In this document: positions 39,133 through 47,259 of the stretch, in pieces
Layout of the letters: each line of letters begins with the position of its first letter
Position numbering within the stretch: position 1 is the stretch's first letter
Origin: Myxococcota bacterium
GTDB taxonomy: Bacteria; Myxococcota_A; UBA796; UBA2385
Direction of reading: 5' to 3'
Assembly: GCA_044344255.1 (NCBI GenBank)
Contig: JBIJDH010000017.1
Span: 22,125 to 86,124 of the forward strand
DNA: 64,000 nt
Notes under the pieces: generated by a model
What the model was told of the DNA's origin: nothing
The model's input: the letters and a program-made list of their open reading frames with translations, nothing else
The model's database searches: none
Made by a program: the position numbers and the translations under genes

Positions 39133-42100
39133 TCACTCGACGGGGAGGAGAGGGTGGAAGGCGTGGAGGAGCCAGCGCGCCAGGACGCCGAGCTCGGGCG
39201 GTGGACAGGGCTCGGCGAGGCCCGGAGCGACCCGCAGCGGGAGCCCGTCGAAGAGCTCGAGCAGCGTCTCGGTCGCCCCGCTCGGCCGCTCGAGCAGGAA
39301 GGTGTGGACGGGGAACAAGGGGTTGTCGAGCGGGAGGCCGGCGCGCAGGCGGTCGAGCCAGCGCGGCAGCGCCTCCGGGGAGAGGCGGGCGCCCTCGGCC
39401 TCGAGCGCCGCCATCAGCTCGGACAGGCGAGTCGGGCGGGCGGTGGTCCAGTGATAGTAGTCTATCGTCTCGATCGGGCGGCCGATTGAGGCGGCGATGC
39501 CCTCTGCCACGTCGTCCACCGCCACCAGATCGAGCTCGATCTCGGCGTCCGGCCAGCGGCCGAGCGCCGCGCAGCCGAGCAGGAAGCGGCTCAGGAAGTC
39601 ATCGAGGTGCCCGACCCCCGTCTCGCGCGCCCCGACGATCAAGCCCGGGCGATGGATGACGAGAGGGATGGCGCAGTGCCCGGCCACGCGCAGGAGAGAC
39701 TCGGCCACCCACTTGGTGCGCGCGTATCCCGAATAGAGAAACTCCGGCTCCAGGACCCGGTCTGTCGCGAGCACGAGGCGCTGCTCCCGCCGGTTGCGGG
39801 TGTTGAACACCGCCGTCGTAGACACGAAGTGGAGAGGCCGCGCCGCGCCCCCCGACAGGGCGAGCGACACGAGCACCGGGATCGGCCCCACGTTTACGGG
39901 GGCGAGAGCGGAATAGGGCGCCACGAAATTCACGTCGGCCGCGTTGTGAAGCAGTCCGCCGAGCTCCTCCCCCTGTCGGGCCCACTCCGCGCTGGACAGG
40001 CCGAGGCCGGGCGCCCGGAGGTCTCCCGGCAGGGCGACGACGCGCCCCGGGAGGCCCAAGGCCTGGAGACGGTCATTCAGGCCCCCCGTCGCCGCGGCGT
40101 CGGCCTGTCCGTCCAGCCCAGGCAGCGGGCCGTGGGCGAGGGCCCGGAGGAGCCTCCCCTCCGCCTCAACGGCGTCGGCCGCCCGGACGAGGCAGCGCAC
40201 CTCCCCGCCGCGGCGCAGCAGCGCGGCGAGGGTGTGCGCGCCGAGGAAGCCGGTCGCACCCGTGAAGAGCAGGGGGCCCTCCGTCGCCCGCTCCGGCGGT
40301 CGCTGGTGGGGGAGGGCCCGGGTGAGGTCGCGCACGGCCTCCCGCCAGCCCGGGACGGCGTCGAGCTCGACCTGGCGCGCGCGGCCCGCGCCTCGCATCG
40401 CCTCCGCGAGCGCCACGGCCACCGCGCCGAGCGAGCTGCCGTCAAAGAAGGCGCGGAGGGGCGGCTCGACGCCGAGCAGGCCGCGGAGGGCGGTGATGAG
40501 GGTGGCGAGATCGAGCGAGGAGAGGCCGAGCTCGAGGGGCGGGCGCTCGAGGGCCTCGGGGCCTGCGCCGAGGCGCTGGAGCAGAACAGCGGCGATCGCG
40601 TCGACCAGGAGGGGGCCCTCGAGCCCGACCAGCGAGGGAGCGGGGCCCGCGGCGGGGGCCGACCCGCGACCGAGGTCCGCGCGCTCCCCCCAGGTGCCGG
40701 CGTGGGCCAGGGCGGCACAGGCGGCGCGGGCGAGCTTCTGGGTGGGGGTGCGCGGGATCGCGCCCGGCGGCAAGAGGTAGAGGGCGGCGATGGCGAGCCC
40801 GTGGCGCTCCGAGACCGCTCGCCGCGCCGCGCGGCGCAGCGCCCGAGCGCCCGCCTCGCCGTCCTCGGCCGGGGGCTCCGTCGCCCGGCGCTCCATCGCC
40901 AGCCCGAGGGCCTCTTCACCCTCTTGGAGCACGGCGAAGGCGGCCACCTCCACGAGGCCGTGCTCGTCGCAGGCGACGCGCAGGGTGGCCTCGACATCGA
41001 CCGGGTCGTGGTTCTTACCCCGGACGATGATGAGCTCCTTCAGCCTCCCGGTGACATAGAGCTCCCCCACCTCCCCCACCTCCCCCACCTCCCCCACCTC
41101 CCCCGCTGCTCCGCGCTCCACGACGCCGAGGTCGCCGGTGCGAAACCACTCCCCCTCCGCGCCCTCGAGGGTGGCGGCGCAGCGGGCCCGAGAGTCCTCG
41201 GCGGGGCCGGTGTAGCGGCGGATGACGCCGGGCCCCTGGGTCCAGAGCTCACCCACCCGCCCGGGGGGCAAGGCGACGCGGCGCTCGGGGTCGACGGCGA
41301 TCACGCGGGTGTCGGGGCCGAGCGGCGGGCCGTTGCTGATCAGCCAGCGCGTGTCGGCGGTGTCGAGGGGGGCCTGGAGCCTCCCCGAGGCCAGCCCCGC
41401 GCGGCTCACACTGAGTCGGGCGGGCGGGCGACCCTGGGGGATGCTGGTGCAGAGCGTCTCAGTCAGGCCGTAGTAGGGGTGGAGCGCGGCCGGGCGCAGG
41501 CCGGCGGGGGCGAGGCGGCCGAAGAAGGCGTCCACCGTCGCCGGGCGCACCACCTCGCCGCCCGAAACGGCCATGTCCAAGGCGGAGAGGTCGAGCGCGG
41601 CGATCGCGTCGTCGGTGAGCAGCTTCGTGACGAGGGCGTAGGCGAAGTCCGGGGCCGCGGTGACGGTGGCGCGGGCGCGAGACAGCACCTCGAGCCAGAG
41701 GGGGGGCCGCTGTAAGAAGGCCTGGGGCGAGAGGATCACCCCCTCGGCGCCAAGGAAGACGGGCAGCAGCCGCGTGTAGAGGCCGGCGACGTGGGCCCAG
41801 GGCAGCCAGGTGCAGACCACGTCCGCGGGGCCTCGCCCGCAGCACCGCGCCAGGGCGGCGAGGTTGTGCGTGAGGGCGCCGTGGCGGAGGACCGCCCCCT
41901 TCGGCGAGCCGGTCGAGCCCGAGGTGTAGAGGAGGACGGCGGTGGCCTCGGGATCATCGGGCAGGGGCCGCGCGTCTCCGGGGGTCTCGGCCTCGGGCTC
42001 CACCCTCAGCTCCACCCAGCGCAGCGGCCGCCCGTCGGCGCGCAGCAGGGGGAGCAGGGGCTCGGCCAGGGCCCGCGGGGCGAGGAGCAAGCGGGCATCG

Positions 42101-42453
42101 GCGTCCTCAGCCACCCGGAGCAGTGCGGCCCGGCCCGCCTCATCGGTCGGGGGATAGAGCGGCACGGCCACCGCACCCGACACCGCACAGGCGAAGAGGC
42201 CGACCGGCTGCTCGACCCCCGGGCCGGTGACGAGCAGGACCGCGGCCCCTTGGACCGCGCTCTGGCCGTCTGAGAGGGCCTCCGACAGGGCCGCCGAGAG
42301 GGTCGCCCCGAGGGCGCGGGCGGCGCGGGACAGGCCGCGCGCGCCGAGTCGGGCGGCGGGCTCCCCGTGCAGATCGAGGAAGGTGTAGAGCGGGCGGTCG
42401 GGCGCGGCCGGATCGGCGAGCAGCGCGGCGAGGCTCCGCGGTCGCGCGGTCAT
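39133..42453 (-). CDS. fatty acyl-AMP ligase-like adenylation domain - carrier protein - thioester reductase (A-T-R)
   Basis: YTSGSTGSPKG, APDFAY, YGLTE, FRTGDLG, GRLKELIIVRGKN. Carrier ELGLSSL. Reductase FTGATGFLG, HNAADVNF, YARTKW, RPG. ATG 42453 overlaps the FAAL stop. Confidence 0.88.
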   Translation of the reverse strand: MTARPRSLAALLADPAAPDRPLYTFLDLHGEPAARLGARGLSRAARALGATLSAALSEALSDGQSAVQGAAVLLVTGPGVEQPVGLFACAVSGAVAVPLYPPTDEAGRAALLRVAEDADARLLLAPRALAEPLLPLLRADGRPLRWVELRVEPEAETPGDARPLPDDPEATAVLLYTSGSTGSPKGAVLRHGALTHNLAALARCCGRGPADVVCTWLPWAHVAGLYTRLLPVFLGAEGVILSPQAFLQRPPLWLEVLSRARATVTAAPDFAYALVTKLLTDDAIAALDLSALDMAVSGGEVVRPATVDAFFGRLAPAGLRPAALHPYYGLTETLCTSIPQGRPPARLSVSRAGLASGRLQAPLDTADTRWLISNGPPLGPDTRVIAVDPERRVALPPGRVGELWTQGPGVIRRYTGPAEDSRARCAATLEGAEGEWFRTGDLGVVERGAAGEVGEVGEVGEVGELYVTGRLKELIIVRGKNHDPVDVEATLRVACDEHGLVEVAAFAVLQEGEEALGLAMERRATEPPAEDGEAGARALRRAARRAVSERHGLAIAALYLLPPGAIPRTPTQKLARAACAALAHAGTWGERADLGRGSAPAAGPAPSLVGLEGPLLVDAIAAVLLQRLGAGPEALERPPLELGLSSLDLATLITALRGLLGVEPPLRAFFDGSSLGAVAVALAEAMRGAGRARQVELDAVPGWREAVRDLTRALPHQRPPERATEGPLLFTGATGFLGAHTLAALLRRGGEVRCLVRAADAVEAEGRLLRALAHGPLPGLDGQADAAATGGLNDRLQALGLPGRVVALPGDLRAPGLGLSSAEWARQGEELGGLLHNAADVNFVAPYSALAPVNVGPIPVLVSLALSGGAARPLHFVSTTAVFNTRNRREQRLVLATDRVLEPEFLYSGYARTKWVAESLLRVAGHCAIPLVIHRPGLIVGARETGVGHLDDFLSRFLLGCAALGRWPDAEIELDLVAVDDVAEGIAASIGRPIETIDYYHWTTARPTRLSELMAALEAEGARLSPEALPRWLDRLRAGLPLDNPLFPVHTFLLERPSGATETLLELFDGLPLRVAPGLAEPCPPPELGVLARWLLHAFHPLLPVE
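41062..41104. repeat. 9-bp in-frame tandem repeat (~4.8 copies) in the A-T-R gene
   Basis: (ctcccccac)x4 + ctccccc encodes GEVGEVGEVGEVGE. Confidence 0.9.
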
Positions 42454-44177
42454 TCGGCCGCCTCGAGCGCGCCGCCCGACCAGCGCTCCCGACAGAGGCG
42501 CCGCTGCACCTTGCCGCTCGTGGTCTTCGGCACCTGTCCGGCGCGGACCAGCCGGATGTCGACGATGGGCAGCTCGTGGCGCTCGCCGAGGGTCCGGCCG
42601 ATGTGCCGACAGAGGGCGACCCGCTCGGGCGCCGACAAGGGGCTCCGAAGCTCCGCCACGACGACCACCCCTTCTCGCTCGCCTTGATCGACCCCAAAGG
42701 CGGCGACAAAATTGCGCCGGATGGCGGGGTGGGCGTCCTCGACGCTGAGCTCGATGTCTTGGGGATAGTGGTTCTTGCCGGCGACGATGATGACGTCCTT
42801 GTCCCGTCCGGTGATGAAGAGCTCGCCGTCTGTGTCGACGAAGCCGAGGTCTCCCGTGCGGAGGAAGCGCCTCGGGTCTCCCTCGAAGCGGGCCCCGAAG
42901 ACGTCGGCGTCGGGCCGGCCCCAATAGGTCTCGGGGAACCAGGCCGCCGTCGAGCAGATCTCCCCCACCCGCCGCGGGGGGAGGGCGAGCCCGGTCTCCG
43001 TGTCCCGGATCTTCACCGACACACCCCCGAGCGGCTGGCCCGCCGACACGATGGCCCGCGCACCGGGCCCCTCCGAGGCCTGGACCCGCCCGAGGCTGAG
43101 GGCGGAGGGATCGAGGTTCAGCCGGCGGTGCGCCCGACCTCGCGGGGTGCTGGACACCGCGAGGGTGGCCTCGGCGAGCCCGTAGCCGGGCTGCATCACC
43201 TCGGCCCGAAAGCCATAGGGGCCGAATTTCGCCTGAAAGCGGTCGATCGTGGCCGCCCGCACCGGCTCGGCGGCGTTGAGGCTCATCGCCAAGCCAGAGA
43301 GGTCGAGGCCTGGGATAGAGCTGGGATCGACGTCATCGACGCAGAGGTCATAGGCGAAGTTGGGCGCCAGGGTGAAGGTCACCCTGTGTCGCGAGAGGGC
43401 GGCCAGCCACTCGCCGGGCGCCTTTACGAAGGCGGTCGGCCGGGCCAGCAGCAGGGGATAGCCCGTATAGAGCGCCTGGAGGGCGCCGAGCACGAGGCCA
43501 AGGTCGTGAAAGAGGGGGATCCAGCACAGCGCGCGGTCTGTCGCGCGGAGCGAGAAGCTGTGTTCGAGCGCCTCTCCCTGAAAGATGAGATCGCCGTGGC
43601 GCACGACGACGCCCTTGGGCGCGGAGGTCGAGCCCGACGTGTACTGGAGGAAGGCCACCTCCTCCGCCTGGGGATAATGGTCGTCCCAGTCCTCACAGCG
43701 GCTGTCCGGCACCGCCTCGACCGCGATGCCCTGGATCCGGTCGAGCGCCGACGACAGGCCCGCCTCGGACCTCATCCGGGCGAGCAGGGGGGCGTCGGAG
43801 AGGGCGAAGGTCGCTCCGCAGTCCTCGATCACCCGCGAGAGGCGCAGGGCGTGTCGGGCGTGGGCGAGCGGGGGCATCGGCACCGCCACCGCGCCCGCGT
43901 AGGCGCAGGCGAGGAATGACATGAGATAGTCGGGGTCATTCTCCAGGAGGATGAGCACCCGCTGGCCGGCCGCGCCGGTAGCCTGGAGGGTCGCGGCGAG
44001 GGCGCGCACCCGCCGGTCCAAGGCGGCCCAGGTGTAGGGGCGTCCGGGCTCTGTCCAGCGGGGGAGCCCGGTCAGGATCACCCGCTCGGGCTGAGACTCG
44101 GCGCGGGTGCGCACGAGGTCGACGTAGCTGGTCCAGGGCAGACGTGAGAGGTCCGCCCGCGTGGCGCTGTGCACCAT
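42450..44177 (-). CDS. stand-alone fatty acyl-AMP ligase (FAAL)
   Basis: AFLQYTSGSTSAPKGV, WIPLFHDLGL, APNFAY, AEPV, YGLAEATL, LRTGDLG, GKNHYPQDIE, PKTTSGKVQR. GGAG RBS. Confidence 0.92.
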   Translation of the reverse strand: MVHSATRADLSRLPWTSYVDLVRTRAESQPERVILTGLPRWTEPGRPYTWAALDRRVRALAATLQATGAAGQRVLILLENDPDYLMSFLACAYAGAVAVPMPPLAHARHALRLSRVIEDCGATFALSDAPLLARMRSEAGLSSALDRIQGIAVEAVPDSRCEDWDDHYPQAEEVAFLQYTSGSTSAPKGVVVRHGDLIFQGEALEHSFSLRATDRALCWIPLFHDLGLVLGALQALYTGYPLLLARPTAFVKAPGEWLAALSRHRVTFTLAPNFAYDLCVDDVDPSSIPGLDLSGLAMSLNAAEPVRAATIDRFQAKFGPYGFRAEVMQPGYGLAEATLAVSSTPRGRAHRRLNLDPSALSLGRVQASEGPGARAIVSAGQPLGGVSVKIRDTETGLALPPRRVGEICSTAAWFPETYWGRPDADVFGARFEGDPRRFLRTGDLGFVDTDGELFITGRDKDVIIVAGKNHYPQDIELSVEDAHPAIRRNFVAAFGVDQGEREGVVVVAELRSPLSAPERVALCRHIGRTLGERHELPIVDIRLVRAGQVPKTTSGKVQRRLCRERWSGGALEAAE

Positions 44178-44256
44178 CGGTCACTCCGTGTTGGGTGACG
44201 AGGGTGTAGTGCGCCCTGCCCGCGGCTGTGGATTTACATTGGAAAAACTCGCGGCG

Positions 44257-47097
44257 CTATCGCCGCGCGGGCCCCTCATCGCCGGCCAGCGCGGCGAGGA
44301 CCTGCCCCCGCACAGCGCGCTCGTCCAGGGCCCGCGCCGCCGCCCGCTGCTCCGGCGAGGGCGGCGTCGACCGCGGGTCTGACGCCGTCTCCCGGTCGAT
44401 CTGGTCACAGAGCTCCAGAACCTCGTAGACCGGCGCGGCCTGCCGGAACCAGTCGAGGAGGGCGAGGAGCTCCGGCTGCGGGCGGAGGCGGAGGGCCCGC
44501 TGGAGCAGGGCGAGGGCGCCGAGGCGGGAGGACACCAGCAGCGAGGGCTCGGCCGCCCAGGCCAGGGGCTCCGCCGGCCCTGCCTCATCGGATGCCCACC
44601 ACGACAGCGCCCCCATGAGCAGGCCCTGGTCAGGCACCCGGGCGAGCCCCCGCTCCGCCCACGCCCGCTCGATGTGGGGCCTGGCGAGGGCGCGGGGGAG
44701 GCGGAGCCAGGCGATGACCGCCCGGTTGGCGCTGGGGAGGAAGCGCGCGCCCTCATCGCCGAGCTCACGGCCGAGGGCCTCGGCATCGTCCAGCATGCGG
44801 AAGGCCCGATCGAGCTCCCCTTCGAGCCCGAGCACCATGCCGACGCCGAGCAGCGCTCCGTGCTCCGCGCGCCGGTGGCCCTCGTGGCGGCTCAGGCGGA
44901 GCCCCTCCTCGAGCCCCTGGCGCGCCTCGGCGAGGTGACCCGCCGCCCGCTCGACCAGGCTGAGGTTGTTGAGGATCACGCAGGTAGACTCCGTCGTCCC
45001 GACCCGACGGCTGAGGGTGAGGCACTCCCGATAGAAGCGGGACGCCGTGTCGGAGTCACCGCGCAGCCGGGCGATGTTGCCGAGACCGTTGAGCGCGGGG
45101 AGGGCCACCGACGGGTTCTCGATGCGGTCGGCGAGGCGCACCGACTCGGCGTAGAGGCGGCGCGCCTCCTCGAGCTGGTTCTGCTCGTAGAGCGCGGTGC
45201 CCCACGACATCAGCAGGCTCACCACATATCCAGGGGCGCGGGCCGCCCGCGCCACCTCGATGAGCTCCGGCAAGCGCGCCAGGATGCCGGCGGGATCGCA
45301 TCGCCAGCCGCTCTCGCTGAGCTGGTGGACGATCCGCGCCCGGTGGTACGGATCGACCTCGTGGCGGAGGGCCTCGTCGAGCTCGCTCATCGCGTCGGCG
45401 GCCCGACCGCGGTCCATCGCGGTTCGGCCGAGGGCGAGGGCGCGCTCCGTTCGGAGACCGGGGGCCGTGGCGCCCGGAGCCTGGCCGAGGACCTGCAGCC
45501 GCTCCCAGTCCGCGGCGGCGCCGTCGGGGCGCGGGGGGTTCTGGAGAGCGATGTACTCCCAGCGCAGGGCCTCCGGGCGGCCGAAGGTGGCGGCGGCCTG
45601 GGCGGCGGCGAGCAGGGCGCGGCGCACGAGGGCCGACTCCGCGCGGGCCCAGGCCCACGCAGCGAAGCCGGTCGTGGCGCGGGAGAGCAGCGCCCAGTCG
45701 CCCTCCAGCACCGCGTCGTCCCAGGCGGCGAGCAGATCGGCGCGGAGGGGGGCCATGGCGCGGACGGCGGCCCGCTGATCGGGGCCGACAAAGCTCGCCT
45801 GGAGCTCGATGAGGCGCCCGAGGAACCAGCGGCGGTGCCGCTCCTGGACCGCGGGCCTGCCCTCGAGGCGGGCGGCGAGCTGTGTCCGCAGCATGGGGTG
45901 GAGAGACCAGCGGCCGCCCTCTCCGCAGCTCAGGAGCGAGCGGCCGCCGAGGGTGTCGAGCTCGGCGGCGCTGAGGCCTGCGACCTCGGCGGCGGCCTCC
46001 TCATCGAAGGTGCCCCGCAGCACGGACAGCGCGGCGGCCGGCGCCCGGAGGCCCACGGGGAGGCTGGCCCAGGTGCGCCCGAAGGACCCTGCGAATCCTC
46101 GCTGCTCTCCCACGCCGTCGATCACGGCGCGAAGGCCCTGGTCCTGGGCGACCGCCGCCGCGAGCGCGATGCCGAGCGGGAGCCCCCCGAGGCGCTCCGC
46201 GAGCTCGGCGATGGCCATCTCCTCTTCGACGTCGGGGATCCATGCGGGGCGCCCGTGGCAAAGGCGCTGCCGGAGCAGGGAGGCCGCCGCCGCGGGCTCC
46301 AAGGGGCCGAGGCGCAGGAGGAGCTCGCCGGGGAAGTCGAGGCTGGCCCGCGAGGTCATCACGACGCCGAGGCCCGGATCGCGGGCGCAGAGCCGCTGAA
46401 AGACCGCGCCCAGGCCGAGGACGCTCTCGAGGTTGTCGAGGATGACGAGCAGCCGCCGTTCGAAGAGGATCCGCCCGAGCAGGGCCTCGGCGCCCCGCTG
46501 CGAGGAGGGGACGCTGCCGAGGGCCTGCAGGACGGTGAGCAGCGCCTCCTCCTCCTCCCGTTGGGCGCTGAGGTCGACCCAGAGGACCCCCGAGAAGCGC
46601 GGCGCCTGCTCCGCTCGCCGCGCGAGGGCCCGCGCAAGGGCGGTCTTGCCGACCCCGCCGATGCCGACGACGCTCAGCCAGGGCTCATTGCCCGCCAGCC
46701 AGCGGTCGAGGAAGGCCAGCGCCTCCCCGCGGCCGAAGAGCTCGGCGTCCGGCGTGGGGGCCGGGAGCAGCGCCTCCTCGCGCACCCCGGTGAGCCGGTA
46801 GCCTTGGGCGCGGATGGACTGCAAGCAGGCGCCCGCTGGCTCGAGCTTGCGGCGGAGGTTGGACAGCGTGACATCGACCACCCGCGTCCGGGTGGAGGGC
46901 GAGTATTGCCAGACCTCGACGAGCAGCTCGTCGCGGCTCACGTCCTCGTCGCGGCGCCGGGCGAGGTGGCGCAGCGCCTGGAGCTCCTTCGGGCGGAGGA
47001 GCTCCGCCTTGGCGGCCCCGCCGACCAGCCCGCTGTCGAGGTCGACGGTCACGGTGAGGGCGGCGCTGGAGCCGATGTCGAGGCGGAGGATGGCCAT
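44257..47097 (-). CDS. OmpR-type winged-helix - STAND (NB-ARC-like) ATPase - TPR transcriptional regulator
   Basis: LRPKE..VSRDELLVEVW...TRVVDVTLSNLRRKLE...RAQGYRL. LFGR, GIGGVGKT, VILDNLE, TSR, GGLPLGI. C-terminal TPR-like helices. Confidence 0.88.
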   Translation of the reverse strand: MAILRLDIGSSAALTVTVDLDSGLVGGAAKAELLRPKELQALRHLARRRDEDVSRDELLVEVWQYSPSTRTRVVDVTLSNLRRKLEPAGACLQSIRAQGYRLTGVREEALLPAPTPDAELFGRGEALAFLDRWLAGNEPWLSVVGIGGVGKTALARALARRAEQAPRFSGVLWVDLSAQREEEEALLTVLQALGSVPSSQRGAEALLGRILFERRLLVILDNLESVLGLGAVFQRLCARDPGLGVVMTSRASLDFPGELLLRLGPLEPAAAASLLRQRLCHGRPAWIPDVEEEMAIAELAERLGGLPLGIALAAAVAQDQGLRAVIDGVGEQRGFAGSFGRTWASLPVGLRAPAAALSVLRGTFDEEAAAEVAGLSAAELDTLGGRSLLSCGEGGRWSLHPMLRTQLAARLEGRPAVQERHRRWFLGRLIELQASFVGPDQRAAVRAMAPLRADLLAAWDDAVLEGDWALLSRATTGFAAWAWARAESALVRRALLAAAQAAATFGRPEALRWEYIALQNPPRPDGAAADWERLQVLGQAPGATAPGLRTERALALGRTAMDRGRAADAMSELDEALRHEVDPYHRARIVHQLSESGWRCDPAGILARLPELIEVARAARAPGYVVSLLMSWGTALYEQNQLEEARRLYAESVRLADRIENPSVALPALNGLGNIARLRGDSDTASRFYRECLTLSRRVGTTESTCVILNNLSLVERAAGHLAEARQGLEEGLRLSRHEGHRRAEHGALLGVGMVLGLEGELDRAFRMLDDAEALGRELGDEGARFLPSANRAVIAWLRLPRALARPHIERAWAERGLARVPDQGLLMGALSWWASDEAGPAEPLAWAAEPSLLVSSRLGALALLQRALRLRPQPELLALLDWFRQAAPVYEVLELCDQIDRETASDPRSTPPSPEQRAAARALDERAVRGQVLAALAGDEGPARR

Positions 47098-47143
47098 GGC
47101 GGGGTGGCGCCTAACGCGCCGCGGTCTCGAGGGCGCCGAGCTG

Positions 47144-47159
47144 AAGTTGTATACAACTT
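47144..47159. promoter_or_regulatory. perfect 16-bp AT-rich palindrome, putative operator
   Basis: AAGTTGTATACAACTT in the divergent intergenic region between the STAND regulator and the secreted repeat protein. Confidence 0.7.
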
Positions 47160-47259
47160 GTGAACGGCCCGGGCTGGACCGCCGCAGTACGGAGCGCCAT
47201 CAAAAGCGGCCCCATAATCCCTCCCACCACCCCGGCAGACCCGCGGGGCTGGAGCACCT

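Noticed and set aside
36369-39659. 1096-aa plus-strand ORF (likewise 34437..36347, 39607..41715, 44674..47163, 52507..55077)
   Set aside because: Shadows of motif-rich minus-strand genes.
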